Origin: Paraspadella gotoi
Lineage: Eukaryota > Animalia > Chaetognatha
DNA length: 64,000 bases
Assembly (NCBI GenBank): GCA_051294375.1
Contig: CM119263.1
Location: 26,617,130-26,681,129 of the forward strand
Reading direction: 5' to 3'
The translations under genes and the position numbers were made by a program. Below are positions 39,238 to 56,159 of this stretch, piece by piece (position 1 is the first letter of the stretch; every line of letters begins with the position of its first letter). The notes beneath the pieces are model-generated. The model was given only the letters and a program-made list of their open reading frames with translations, searched no databases and was not told where the DNA came from.

Positions 39238-40211
39238 CCTTCTGAATACGCCTCCATGGAGGAATCATCCAATGATACATGAAAGTCAAGCCGAGTTTTT
39301 TCGTCCTTCAATTTCTCTTTTTTCTTTTTTTTTCTTTTTTTTTCTTTTTTGTTGTTTTTTTTTCTTTTTTTGTTGTTTTTTGTTGGCTTTTCTTTTTTTA
39401 CTTTTTTTTCCGTTCTTGTTTTTATCCCGAGGATGAATTTCGAAGTTTTGTTTTTTTATTTGTCTCGTTTCGATTTGTGTTTCCGTTGCTCCCTCTCGCT
39501 CTCCCTCTCTCTTTAACTCGATTAAAGGCCCCCGAAGAAAAATTGTTCAATTTTCTNNNNNNNNNNNNNNNNNNNNNNNNNNNNNNNNNNNNNNNNNNNN
39601 NNNNNNNNNNNNNNNNNNNNNNNNNNNNNNNNNNNNNNNNNNNNNNNNNNNNNNNNNNNNNNNNNNNNNNNNNNNNNNNNNNNNNNNNNNNNNNNNNNNN
39701 NNNNNNNNNNNNNNNNNNNNNNNNNNNNNNNNNNNNNNNNNNNNNNNNNNNNNNNNNNNNNNNNCGATAAAGTGACGAAGGAATTCTTCTGTGAGGGAAT
39801 TCCGTGAGAGGTCGTCGTCTTCGCTCTCGTCGTCGTCCTCGTCGTCGCCATAGTCGTCGTCGTCCCCGACGTCGAGGTTCGTGTTCGTACTCGTCGTCGT
39901 TGTCGTCGTCGTCGTCGTCCCGCGCGCAGTGAGAACCGGTTCATTGGAAGTTGAAGCGCGACTTTTCCATCGATTCGAAATGAGAAGTGATCACGTGACT
40001 TCTTTGATTACGGTCGTTAAGATCGTCTTCTTTTTCGTCGTCGTCCCATTTAATTTGAAGATCTTGTACTATCTTAAGATTCTTGTCACTTAAAAGTGTT
40101 TTACATAGAATTTTTCTAACATTTTTCTTAACATTTTTTTCCATTTCGCCAATTTTATGATTAAAGTTTCTCAGATGAAGTTACTAAAATTTTTTTTTCC
40201 GCGTTTGATCA

Positions 40212-40360
40212 AGTAGTTTCTTTGTTTTAGTAGTTTGTTTGTTTTAGTAGTTTGTTTGTTTTAGTTGTTTGTTTGTTTTAGTAGTTTCTTTGTTTTAGTA
40301 GTTCTTTGTTTTAGGAGTTTCTTTGTTTTCGTAGTTTCTTTGTTTTAGTAGTTTCTTTGT
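40212..40360 (+). repeat. 17-bp minisatellite (tagttt[c/g]tttgttttag), ~8.5 units
   Basis: Direct tandem array; ttag recurs at 40227, 40244, 40261, 40278, 40295, 40311 and 40345. Confidence 0.92.
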
Positions 40361-42355
40361 ACTCATTCGATTTCTTTTTCAATTTACTTAAATATTTCCT
40401 TCAAAATCCCGCTTTGTCATCTTCGATTCATTTCATCTGTTCTACATCATTTTTCCGATTTCGTCCTGTATTTTCTTTTTCCTCTCCACTTTGTTGTTGT
40501 TGTCCATCTCTTTTTCCATTTTGTTTTTCCATTTTCCGCTTTGTTTGTAGTTTTTGTCCAAAGTCGTCCGCTTTCGTTTTTCCGATGACGAGGACCAGAG
40601 ATGCGTAGAAAAACAAGAAACAGGAATTTTTGGGGTTAAAAAAAAAAAAAAAGAAAAAAAAAACAACTCGTTTCTGCGGGTTTCGTCGTCCCAGTTCTCT
40701 TCCCCGTTTTTCTTGTTCCCTCCCACATTCTCTTCAACGTTTTCCGAGTTCTCCATCCCGTTTTCCTCTTCGTTCTCCTCTGTTCCACCCGATTGTCATC
40801 TACGTTCTCCTCCCCGTTCTCCTCTACGTTCTCCTCCCTTTTCTCCTCCCCCTTTTCCTTTCCATTTTCACGTTTTCCTGTCTCTTTACCTCCCTCGTTC
40901 TCCTAACCGTTCTCCTTTGCGTTCTCCTTATTTTCCCTCTCTTTTCATTTCTATCCCCGGCTTTATTTACGCTTATTTTATTTCCTCTTTTACCAATAAT
41001 CGTTTGTTCCTCCGGTTTTTAATGCGCGAATCTTCCTCGGGGTTTTTCTTTCTTTCTTTCTTTTTTCATTTTTCTTTTTTTTTCCGGAGATTTTTTTTTT
41101 AATCTTTTTTTCAAATAATTTTCTTTTTCCTTTTTTTATCTTCGTTCAACCGGCGAGCGGCGAATCCTTTCTCCTCCCTTCTGTCATTTCGAGGCAGAAA
41201 ATATCGAATTCATAAAACTCGTCCTGCGCAGATGGTTCGTCCGGTCTGAACGGTCCGTTCGTCCGTCCCGCGTTTAACTCTCGATATTTCTTTTTTTTCT
41301 TTCTCGGCCGGTGATCGCTCTGGAGCCACATTTAACTTCTCTTGTGACCTTCCTCCCTTTATTTCCTCTTGATCCCTTACCCATAATTCTCCTAAACCCT
41401 TTTTTTTCATTTTTTATCTCACTGTTCACCCCCTTAACCACTCTCTTTCCCCTACCTACCTTCCAATTAACCCCCCNNNNNNNNNNNNNNNNNNNNNNNN
41501 NNNNNNNNNNNNNNNNNNNNNNNNNNNNNNNNNNNNNNNNNNNNNNNNNNNNNNNNNNNNNNNNNNNNNNNNNNNNNNNNNNNNNNNNNNNNNNNNNNNN
41601 NNNNNNNNNNNNNNNNNNNNNNNNNNNNNNNNNNNNNNNNNNNNNNNNNNNNNNNNNNNNNNNNNNNNNNNNNNNNNNNNNNNNNNNNNNNNNNNNNNNN
41701 NNNNNNNNNNNNTCATTTTTATTTCATTTATTTTATTTCGTCTATAATTTCTTTATATCATTTTCATTGCACATTTTCATTTTTTTATTCGGCGGTCGGC
41801 GCCCAGAAAGAGAAAGAAAAAAAGNNNNNNNNNNNNNNNNNNNNNNNNNNNNNNNNNNNNNNNNNNNNNNNNNNNNNNNNNNNNNNNNNNNNNNNNNNNN
41901 NNNNNNNNNNNNNNNNNNNNNNNNNNNNNNNNNNNNNNNNNNNNNNNNNNNNNNNNNNNNNNNNNNNNNNNNNNNNNNNNNNNNNNNNNNNNNNNNNNNN
42001 NNNNNNNNNNNNNNNNNNNNNNNNNNNNNNNNNNNNNNNNNNAGAGAGAGAGAGAGAGAGAGATGAAAAACTGCGTTAAGAGGTTTGGCTTTTAGTCTTT
42101 CCTCTCGCGTTCTCCCTAAAGCAAAAAAGAAAAGCCCGTTGCATGAGTCGGTGACGAAGTTGAAAAGAAAATAAAAAGGAAAGAAAAAAAGGAAAACGAT
42201 TTTCTANNNNNNNNNNTTCTTTTTTTTTACTTTCCTTTCAGAGGTTTTTTTTTTCTACAACTTTTTTTTTCTCGAGTCTACGTTGACAAATTTTGCCCTC
42301 CGTGCCTGGAGGGGTTGGAAAAAAAAAGAGAAAAAAGGGTGAAAGAAATAAAGAT

Positions 42356-42441
<86 letters not shown>

Positions 42442-42475
42442 CGAGATAAGAAAGAAAGAAAGAAAGAAAGAAAAA

Positions 42476-42527
<52 letters not shown>

Positions 42528-42570
42528 CAGAAAGAAAAAGAGAAAGAAAGAAAAAAAGAAAAGAAAAGAA
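42356..42570 (+). repeat. (AAAG)n tetranucleotide microsatellite with (GATA) interruptions
   Basis: Read directly. Confidence 0.95.
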
Positions 42571-44199
42571 AATAATGTTGTTGAAGTGATGAGAAGATTC
42601 CCTCAGCAAAGTGGTACAACACCGAATGTCCAAGATTCTTGGGGTTTTTTGTACTTTGGGTTTTTCTTATTTGTTTTTGGTGGACGTAGACAAAGAGGAG
42701 GAGGAGGAGGAGAAGGAGGAGGATGAGGATGAGGAGCATGAAGAAGGTTTCGAACCGGGCGGCGGGGACAACTTCGATCCCGCCTGCCCTCCTTGTCTTA
42801 ATCTCTCTCTCTGCTCTCTCTTCTCTCTCTCTCTCTTCTCTCTCTCTTCTCTCTCTCTCCCCCCTCTCTTCCACTCTATACGGATCTCTCCATCTATCGG
42901 AATTTTTTTGTCGTCTGCTTCCTTACATCCAACGTACGAGTGAGCATCTGTGTCTTCTCTTGGTTCCATCATTCCATCATTTTATCATTTCATCACTCCA
43001 TAGCTTAATGTATCTATCACTATCTAATTTCATCACTTAATTGCTCAACATTTATCGCAATATCACTTCAACATATCATTTTATCGTTTTATAATTCCAT
43101 TTGATTCCATTTAAAAAGTCTATATATTGATTTATCATTCGATCACTATTTTATTTATTTACCCCAACACTGAATCAATCGATTATCTGACTTCAGCAAT
43201 TAGCCCTATATCAATCCATCCTTATCTCCGTATCTTTATCACTACATCACTACGTCGCTACATCAGCCGGAGTTCCCCTGGACTCAGCGTCCTGTCAACT
43301 CTCGTTCNNNNNNNNNNNNNNNNNNNNNNNNNNNNNNNNNNNNNNNNNNNNNNNNNNNNNNNNNNNNNNNNNNNNNNNNNNNNNNNNNNNNNNNNNNNNN
43401 NNNNNNNNNNNNNNNNNNNNNNNNNNNNNNNNAGTGAAAGAAAGAGAGAATTTGAAAACAATTTCGTCTTGCTATGATAGTCGTACGGTGAGCTTGTCAG
43501 AATTTCCAAACCTCTCTCCTCATTCCACCTCTTTCCCACGTGGAACCAAAAATTAAATTATCTAAATTCCTACCCTCGATCCGATAGAAAATAAACAATA
43601 AAGCCCCAAATACTTGGTCCGGATGTATAGCTATGAAATTGGTACGACGTACCAATATAAAAATTATCCATTCATTAAATAATTAAGCTACTATCTCTTA
43701 CCCAAACTTTGGACAGGCTATGTGAGATTATAAAGATTATATTAAACATATTATAAATATAATATTATATAACCCACTCACGTCTTTTAACGGCGGACAC
43801 GCGTCGCATTTAGCAAAGACCCGATCAGTACTTTTTTTTCTTCCAACTCCTGAAACTAAAGAATATGAAGGCAGCTGAGGCCTCCGTCTGTCTAATGGGG
43901 ATTCCGGAGACAGAAAGCGGGGAAGACGTTTGACGAAGAGAAACGGAACTGGGTGATGAGTCTGGACGTCGAAATAAATTAATGCATAAACATTAGTCTG
44001 AATTAAGGTAAAAGGGAAGAACAACTGGTTTCTCTTTCCTTCATTCGGTGAGCTCATTAATAGAGATTGACGATCGGAGCGACGGTTGAGGAAAAGCGGA
44101 TGTCCAGAACTCGTGTTTACGAGTCGTCGTCATCTTGTGAATGAATGGGGCAAAGGGGGAGTTGATGATGTAGGGTAAAATTAATCTGGTCGAACGACG

Positions 44200-44575
44200 C
44201 GAGTTATTATCAAGTCTCCTACCGGGTGATCGAATTGGCTAGATTCATCTTCACCTCCTCACAGAATATTGATGATTGACCCCAAAGTCACGAGCGCAAG
44301 TTGTAATCAAGTACCGTTGACCTTTGTGATTTATTAGAAGAGATCTATATCTTTACGGATCGATGATGCAAGTTGTAAAAAAGTTGAGGGTTTTAATCTA
44401 GTTATACAAGTAATAATCAAGTTCGCTACCGGATGATCGCATTTAACGCGATCATTATCTCCGCGGATTAACAACATAATCTAAAGTCACAAATACAAGT
44501 TATAACCAAGTCCGCTATCGGGTGATCACATTTAACGTGATCCCCCTCCATCTCCTTACATTAACGACGCAAGCT
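44200..44575 (+). repeat. Degenerate ~90-110 bp tandem repeat, ~4 units
   Basis: Anchor motif of type caagttataatcaagt at ~44201, 44297, 44407 and 44496, followed in three units by (c/t)acc/tatc-gg(g/a)tgatc. Confidence 0.6.
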
Positions 44576-47500
44576 CACGTCAGTGACTGAGGATCTCAAT
44601 GAGTCGTCACGTCTTTCGCTTCGCAGCTGAATCCCGATTTCGCCAGACGCGTCTCTTCTTAATTCCTTTAAACTTGCCGCGTCGCTAATTTCTTACCAAA
44701 GTTTTCTCTTTCCTTCTTTTTTTTTTTTCCTTTTTTCTCTTTTCTTTTCTATTTTTTGCACCATTTTCTTTATTTCTCCCCCTCTCTCTCTTTTTCTTTT
44801 GGGGGGGGTGGCAGACGCAGTGAATTTTAAGTCTCAAATTTAATTAGAGCAGTGAAGGAGAAAAGGGAGAGGGAGGGAGAGAAGACAGAGAGAGAGNNNN
44901 NNNNNNNNNNNNNNNNNNNNNNNNNNNNNNNNNNNNNNNNNNNNNNNNNNNNNNNNNNNNNNNNAGAGAAGAAGAGTAGGAGAAGAGAGAGAGAGAAGAG
45001 AGAGAGAGAGGAGAGAAGGAGAGAGAGAAGCAGGAGAGAGAGAGAGAGAAGTTATTTTGGATCAGAACAAAAAAATCCATTAAAACTAATCGATCATGGG
45101 GTTTGGCCGACGACGATCATGACGACGACGACGACGACGACGACGGCGCACGAAGTTTCCTCGCTCTGGGGCCATTTGATTTCGCCGTGATTTATTTCTT
45201 CCGCGGGTGCCGTTGGCGGCGAGGGCGGTCGGCGGCGGCGGTCGGCGGCGGCGGCCACGTGTAGTACGTGTAGTCGGAGAGAGCCTTTCGTTCGCGTTTA
45301 ATCGCGTTTGATCGCTTTAGTTGTAACTCGTTTGCCTGCGATTCTCTCTCTAGTTCCAACGAGACCCATCCGTCTCCATATCGCAGACTAAGTTTCCTTT
45401 TCCATCTGTCCATCCGTCTTCATTTCTCCATCTCCCTTTCCAGATATTACTTACCTTTAACTTTTAATCTTTACTCTTATCCCCTTACTTTCTCTCCTTC
45501 CTCATATTTCCTTTCCATACTAAATAGGTATATTATTCTCTCCCTTTTGTTCTTCCATTTTCCTCACTTACTCCTCTTTCGTTTTCCTCTCTATCAGCAA
45601 TATAGCGGGGGGAGCGCAGGACCTCTGACTCAGTAGGGAAGGCGGGGATAAGAGTGAGGAGGAGGCGGGAGGGACGGGGAGGAAAGACGAAGGAGGCGAG
45701 AAGGGCAAGGTAAGGAGAGCAGAATTCAGAGGCGGAGCGACGATGAAGTAAGTCGGAGTCGAGTTAAGAGTGTCAGCGTGACAGAACCGTGTACAGTGGC
45801 TGATGAGGGACTAGAGGGATGGGTGGCAAACATGCCATAGGGATAGATAGAAGATGGAAGAGACGATCTTGCTGATAGAAGAGGAAAACGAGACAAGCAG
45901 GAGGTGATAGTAGAATGTGCGAGGAGAATGGAAAGTGACAAAAAAAGGAGGAGGAACGTCCAATGTTCTAATAACTCTTACCGTCTTAGTAAAGTGGAAA
46001 TGATGATCGCAGGAAGATGAATGACTAACGCGGAATGCATATGACGAGTATAAGGCTAACTGTGATAAATAGTCTAACTGAGAGTATATACTATTCTGCA
46101 GTATTCTTGGAAAGCAGTTATGTATGGATGAGTTACAATTCAAGTGCTGTTCTTCATTTGGTTCCGATAATCCTGCATGACATTTTTTAGTTACGTTCTT
46201 ATTGAATCCATAGAACCCATTAATCAGCTGAAACATTTATTAATGCAAATGAGCTAGCTACATTGTTGACAAGTGCGCATTCCTCTTCAGCGCTCTCTCT
46301 CTATCTATATCGCTGTGTATACTGTTGACTCGTCTATTGAGGCTAATACTCGAGTTGGAGCCCTGAACAAGTAGAGTAGATGACAATGCTGCGCAGGACA
46401 AATCGCGATCCGAAACAAATGTAGAGATCACTTAAAGACTGACAATAATCATACAACGCGATATATTTACCTGTCTAAACATCCCACATGTGTAAGTGCT
46501 GCATATCTACGTTCAAAATGCAATTCTCTGCCAATAACTGTCACAGCGTAACATATACGACTCTGTATCGAAAGAACTCTGTGCGCTCATCCCGCTCTAC
46601 TCGCCGCTTCGCCGCATCAGCCCTCTCGACACCTCTATCCCAATAGTCATATGGCTACTTCACGCAGGAAAGAGAATAACTATTTTATATAGACTCGTCC
46701 CCGCACGAATGCAGAATCCATTGGCTTCTCTAAAATTAACGCACATAGAGACTGAAGTATTAATAACATCTTGACTGGAGCTCTCTCGTTCGTCGTCACG
46801 TCAGATGACCGTTACTGCTAGATACAAAAAATCAATCGAAATATCGTTTCCGGCCAAACCTCCATATCTTGATCTGTATGACCGTTCATTCATTTGTTAT
46901 TGTATATTTAATAGAGATTACGTGATCCAAATCAACTCTTAATCTCGTGATTCTCGCTAGTGAGCTCATACACATTCATACCTAATATTTGCAGCAAAAA
47001 CATCGTGAGGTGTCCGTGGTAGCTCGCTCAATGCATTTTACATCACCTCCACCACTAGCGTCTCAATATCTATACTAATACCGAATACTGAGGAAGTAAT
47101 CTAATGTATACTTTGCGGAACAAAGAGATGATCTCTTTACATAAGAACACACACCGCAAAACTCACTACCATTCATCTGTTATCTGACTATTCCTTACTC
47201 GATTAGACGCAGCACGGGTTCACCTAGCATGCTCCTCTTACGGTCGACAACTCTCTCTCGTCACAGTGCTCATCTCCTACTCTCTACAATCTGACCTGGA
47301 CATGCGATCCTCTCTCGTCCCACATTAGCTCTCGGCATGCTCCTGTATCTTCAATCCTCTCTCCTTTCCTGCTACTTTCGATCTTTCACTCCCTCGGTAC
47401 CGTGCTCGTCTCTCATCTTCTCTAAAGAATCTCACATCTCTCATACTACTACTCGTGTCATTCCCTCCTTACTCTTATCATTACTACTCTATATACATTA

Positions 47501-49311
47501 CACGTTCTCCTCTCCTGCGTCCCTCTCTAGTTTCTCTCTCCTCCTCTCAGTAGCCTCTCTAGCGTCTCATTCCTCTCTCGTGCCGCATCTCTCGTATATA
47601 CTCTCTCTGCCCAAATCAATCCGTGCATCTATAGCGGTGCATCTCGTACCCCGTGCGCTGCGCTCCCTTTTACTACCCTTCACTGACCTCTAATTACAAT
47701 TCTGCAGACCCTTACATAACTTCACCCTTTTGCGATCCTGCACACCCCCCAAAACACAGAAAAAAGACAGACGACGAGGCGGACGAGACGAAACTTAATA
47801 TATGGAATGTGGAAGATATCCGCGTTTTCATTACATCTGCAAAAAAATCAGGAAAAAAAAACCGGCAGCGAAAGGAAAGAGATGAACGGACAACAAACAA
47901 GAATACCGGCGAAACGTTAGAATAACTATTGCCGGAGAGAGGGAGCCATCGTCGAGCGCCGGCAAGGTCTTTAAAGACAATAATTAAGAGAAGCGACGAC
48001 TGGCCCAGTCGTTGAGTTGGTCCATCCTCCTTAAATCGGGATTTCCAAGTTATCCTGCGAAGAGGCGTATACCAAACAATACTCGATACCGAGAGAATTG
48101 ATTGAGCTTTCTACAGTACTATCGACTTTTGACGGATCTCCGCATCTCATGGTCTCTTTTCCATCACGCTCGATCTGCGGCAATCCACGTCAATTCCGTA
48201 CAACTCAAATACTCTGAGATATGCACTCCAGTCCCCAACTGAGAGCCCCGACACTCCCTGGCGTCTTGTGAGCATCGAGCGCGCCTTGAGCGGCCAGGCG
48301 AAGTCGCTCTTCAGTAGTAGAGGGAATCATGGCGACTGGAGGGGGATCACGGTTTAATCGTGATCATCCCGATACACTGCTCATTATATACATATAATAT
48401 ATCCTCGTGTGTCTACTAACTCGTGGCGAGTAGTATCTGAGGTGACTAAGAGCTGATCTACATTCTCCCANNNNNNNNNNNNNNNNNNNNNNNNNTTCTT
48501 TCTCCCCCTCTTTTATCTCCCTTCCACGGAAGGACGATTCCATTTGCGTCTCTCGTCCGAGTTTTTCCTCTTCTCTCCAATCGTCCCGGCTCCAGTGATT
48601 CTGGTTCAAACTCTGGCAACGGATATCGCTCCAGCGCTTCAGGGAAGGATCCACCAATACCCGGACGAATGGTGGGTACAAGGTAAGGATAGAATGAAAG
48701 CCTAATGGTTTAAGAGGCGTCTGTTGGCACAATATGACGTGAAGGGAGTCGTGCAATGGAACCGAGACCGTGGATCTGTGAAAACTGACTCACAATTAAA
48801 ACCCTTGCCCGTTGTCAGTTTAATCAGCCGAATTTGCGTCGGCAGCGTCGGCAAATCTTGCGTCGGCAATGGGATTGACAAAGCTTCATTATTGGCGTCT
48901 CGTGTTTCGGCCTCAAGCTCTTTCCGGATTCGACGGCGTCGAGGGAGGCGTTCGTCNNNNNNNNNNNNNNNNNNNNNNNNNNNNNNNNNNNNNNNNNNNN
49001 NNNNNNNNNNNNNNNNNNNNNNNNNNNNNNNNNNNNNNNNNNNNNNNNNNNNNNNNNNNNNNNNNNNNNNNNNNNNNNNNNNNNNNNNNNNNNNNNNNNN
49101 NNNNNNNNNNNNNNNNNNNNNNNNNNNNNNNNNNNNNNNNNNNNNNNNNNNNNNNNNNNNNNNNNNNNNNNNNNNNNNNNNNNNNNNNNCGGAAGCGGCG
49201 GCGGAAGCGGCGGCGGCGGCGACGGAGTAAAAATGGATGAAGGTGACGCAGAGGCGATGGTAAGGAGACGAAGTTAAAAGACATTTAAAGGCGAATGAAG
49301 TGAAAGTGATA

Positions 49312-52177
<2,866 letters not shown>

Positions 52178-52814
52178 ATTTCCATTTTATTTTCACTTTC
52201 CATTTTCCATTTCCATTTTTATTATTCATATTCCAGTTTCCATTTCCAATCTCATCATAATATATCTTTAATTCTGTCATTTTTTCGATATATTTGTGTC
52301 AATTTTTTTCCAACTGGTTTTTTTTTTTTTTTTTTTTTTTTATCTTTTTGTTTTTTAAATTTTTTTTAATTCTACCCATTTTTGTATGTCATCTTAATTC
52401 CACCCCCGCATTCTTCAGGCAGATCCTCCCTGCAATTTCAAATTTCTAAATAAACGTCAGATGAATCGTTTATTTAAATCAACTGTCATTCTAATGGACA
52501 GTTTTCCTTCGTCGTAATTTAATACAATTTGTCTATTGTTTCTTTCATAGTTTATATATAATAGTAATATTATATATATATACGTAAAAATCAACCTAAA
52601 ATTCTGATTTTTTTCTTCTTCTTCCCACGAACAATTATATCCACCATTTAAATTACTATATAATCATTATTTTATAGTTCCTGGCATTTCGCGTGCTCCC
52701 TCAATAGACCCGTCGCAACCTAAATCTTCACTACTATTCTAATTTTTAATATTTTTCCTCTCCTTACTACAGTTACACCGCAACCACAGAGCCAGTAAAC
52801 TCCCAACCTCTCTT

Positions 52815-53136
52815 TCTCTTTTTCTCCCTCTCTCAAAAGTCGGGAAGTGTTTACTCCTAAATTTATACGCGAATCAAAACACGAATCCCTTCGTATCTCA
52901 AACCACGGACGCCGCCGCCGCAGCCGGCCGCCGCAGCCGGCCGCCGCCGCCGCCGCCGCCCACCGGCGCAGCCGCAGTCAAAAGGAATTTAAGAAAAAAG
53001 TGAAAGAAATTGAGTAAGTAGAAATCCGCGCGACGTATCGAAATCTGCTGATTTATCTTTTTCTCTCTTCTTATTCTCTTTCTCTCTATTTCGTTTTCCT
53101 TACGCTTTTTTCCGAGTTTTAACACATACACACACA
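52815..53136 (+). repeat. GC-rich (GCC/GCA) segment present in three copies: here, 51265-51730 (+, noisy) and ~53585-54050 (-)
   Basis: Shared aaaagtcgggaagt...tactcctaaatttatacgcga...ggacgccgccgccgcag...gaaattgagtaagtagaaatccgcgcg. Confidence 0.85.
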
Positions 53137-56027
53137 TGGGAAAGGAAAAAATGGAAGTGAATAATTGGAATGGAAGAAAGGGAAGTGTGAATAATCTGGA
53201 AATGAGATGTAATAAATGGAAATGGATTTCTGGGAAGTTATAAATGGAAAATGAAATAAATGGAGTGATAATAATGGAAGGTGTGAAAATGGAAATGGAA
53301 ATGGAAATGGTAGTGAAAATAGCGAAATGGAAATGGAAATGGAAATGGAAATGAAGAAGGCGCGGAAGAAAAAAACAATGAGTTGGTATATTGATAACAA
53401 TAAAACGAACGGAGGCAACAGGAGGGAATTCGCCGGGGTACGAGAGAGAGAGAGAGAGAGAGAAGAGGAGAGAGAGGAGATGAAGAGAGAGACTAGCGAG
53501 GAAGAGATGAGAGATAGAGAGAGGAAGAGAGGAGATGGAGATGAGGTGCGGCATGGTGTAAAGACTTCGTGAAATTACAGGGGCCGTGTGGTTGTAGTGT
53601 GTTTAAAACTCGGCGGAAAAAAAAAAAATCAAGGTAAAAAAAAAGAAAAAAAAAGCCCCACGTCCCGCGTAAGGAATAACGATAAAAATAGTATGAGAGA
53701 GAGAAATAAGGAAGAGTAGATAGAAATAAAGAATAAATCAGCCAGATTTCCCGGGTATACCCGCGCGCGGATTTCTACTTACTCAATTTCTTTTCACTTT
53801 TTTCTTATATTCCTTTTTTGACTGCTGGGTCATGCGCCGGTGGGCGGCCGGGCGGGGGATCGGGCCGAGGCGGGCCGCGCTGCGGCCAGGCGGGCCGCTG
53901 CGGCGGCGGCGGCCGGCTGCGGCGGGGGCGGCCGTGTCTGCGGCGGCGGCGTCCGTGTAGTTTGAGATTACGAAGGGTTCGCTGTTTTCGATTTCGCGTA
54001 TAAATTTAGGAGTAACAACTTCCCGACTTTTATGAGAGGGAGAAAAAGTGAGAAAGGAGAGATAGAGATGATACGAGAGAGAAAGAAAGAAAGAGAGAAA
54101 GAGAAAAGAGAGAGAGAAGAGAGAGAGAGAGAGGAGATGAGATGATGATGAGATGAGAGAGATGGTGAGACGAGAAGAGAGATCAGTTAAATTGGAAATT
54201 GTCGAGTTCTTAGCGTGAATTAAGCGCCAGTTTCTCGTGGAAACTCAATTCTTGCTGGGGAAAGATAGGGAGTTGGAGAAAACGTATGTGTTGAAGAGAA
54301 ATCGGGGATGGAAGGGGGGGCGTTAGGCTTGTGTGTGCGAGAGGACTGAGGTTATAAGACCGGTGGCAAAGGTCGGTGGATGTGTGTGGGTTAAAGATCG
54401 ATTTTATAAACAGATATCCGTAGATTCAAATAAAAAGTCGATAAAGAGTAAATTTGGGATTACGGAGGCGAAAACATTTTTTGAGAATGCTTTTGATATT
54501 TTTTTAATTTTAAGTGGAGGAATTCTTTGCGTTCATCTTTCTCTTTAATTCATTTACATAAGTTGTAAGCTAAGAAAAATTATCTGTATTTAATTCTAAA
54601 TGTAACAATTCATGCTTTTATTTTAAAATCTTTAACGTGTCCTAATGAGTTGGAATTACGTTCCAAATGGTTTTAATTGAATCCTTGCGTAATCCTAAAG
54701 ACGTCGACTGTCTTACGCCAGACTTCACGCCATTCTCGTGATTTTCATCGCAGATGAAAGTAAAGTGGATAAAAGTAATTGCTCCTCTTAATGGGAGCCG
54801 CTCTATCGTGACAATAGAAGGGAGGGCGTTGGAAGAGGGAAGGGGGGAAACGCCAATGATTTTTTTATTATTAGATATTTATGCTCTCTTTTCTTTAATA
54901 AAAAATGGCGGAGATTAATCGCAGATAAGGATTTAAAACCATTTAGAGATTAATGTAATATAGCTTCATGGAGGACGGAGAAAACAAAAGGAATTATTGA
55001 CTTAGTTTTTATTTACTAGGATTATTAATTAAGAGCAGGCATTAAAACTTAAATGCATCTATTGTATTAAATTATAGAATATTTCAAAACTAAGAGTATA
55101 AGTTGTTGGCATCTTTCAGAGATTTCTGGTAAGAACTTTCCATCCTTAGGCGGATTTATTTCTTTCCCTGTTATAGAACTACATATTATTATTTTGAAAA
55201 CAGCCTTTCATTTTTTTGCTGTGACGACTTAATAAAAAGCTGGTTGTTTGTTTTTTAGTTATAAAAACTGGGGCTAATCAAATACATCGAGATGTATTCC
55301 AAAAGTGGTTTATTCTCTGCGTCAGAGGGGATTCTCCTGAAACGGAGGGGATCATTTCCTGCATTTGAGATCTTCGAAAAAGGGGATCAATCCGGACAGC
55401 GAAAAGGCAATCGGCGTGAATTGGCTTGCACAAGATTCCTACGTACTTTTGAAAGAGGAAGAGAAAATGACGAGAGAGAGAGAGACTTGAGAGAGAGAAG
55501 AGAGATGAGAGAGAGAGAGAGATGAGAGAAGTGAGAGAGAGAGGAGAGAGAAGAGAGGAGAGAGATTTAACCAGTCCCCCCTCATAGACGACGAACCGAG
55601 GGTTGATCATTGGGGATTAATTGAGGTCAGAGAGTGGGCGCCACGGTTGTTTTGGCGCAGTAAGGACAAAAGATCAAAAGGGGGAGCGGGTGAGAGGGGA
55701 GTAGGAACTGGAGCCAGTGTGGGGAAGGGGAGCAGGATGGAAAACGAGAGAGAAACCCCCATGAAAAGCTGCGGCTGCTGCAATCCTAAGGCCCGATTCT
55801 CTGTTGTCCAGATCCAAAGTAATCCGTCTTCGGTTGTAGGCTCCAAAGTCATTTGTTTCATTTAGAAGTCTGGCGATCCTCACACTTATGCCTCACCAAT
55901 ACCTTATCTAACTGACATTATTTTCTTTGTTTCACTAACCATTTAACATCTTGTGATACTGTTTCTTGACCGCATAACCTTCCTACCTCACGATCTCGTC
56001 GTTTTAAAGCTCTTTATCCTAACCATT
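53137..56027 (-). repeat. Right arm of large inverted duplication
   Basis: Mirror of the left arm; the outer part (54308-56027) is indel-rich relative to 49312-50981. Confidence 0.95.
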
Positions 56028-56159
56028 AAGCGTAGTGAAAGTACATACCGAATATTCGAATGTCAATATGAACAACCATACCTCAGTGAACATTATTTGT
56101 TAAAAAATAATTTTGTGGTTTTATCTCTCTCTGGNNNNNNNNNNNNNNNNNNNNNNNNN

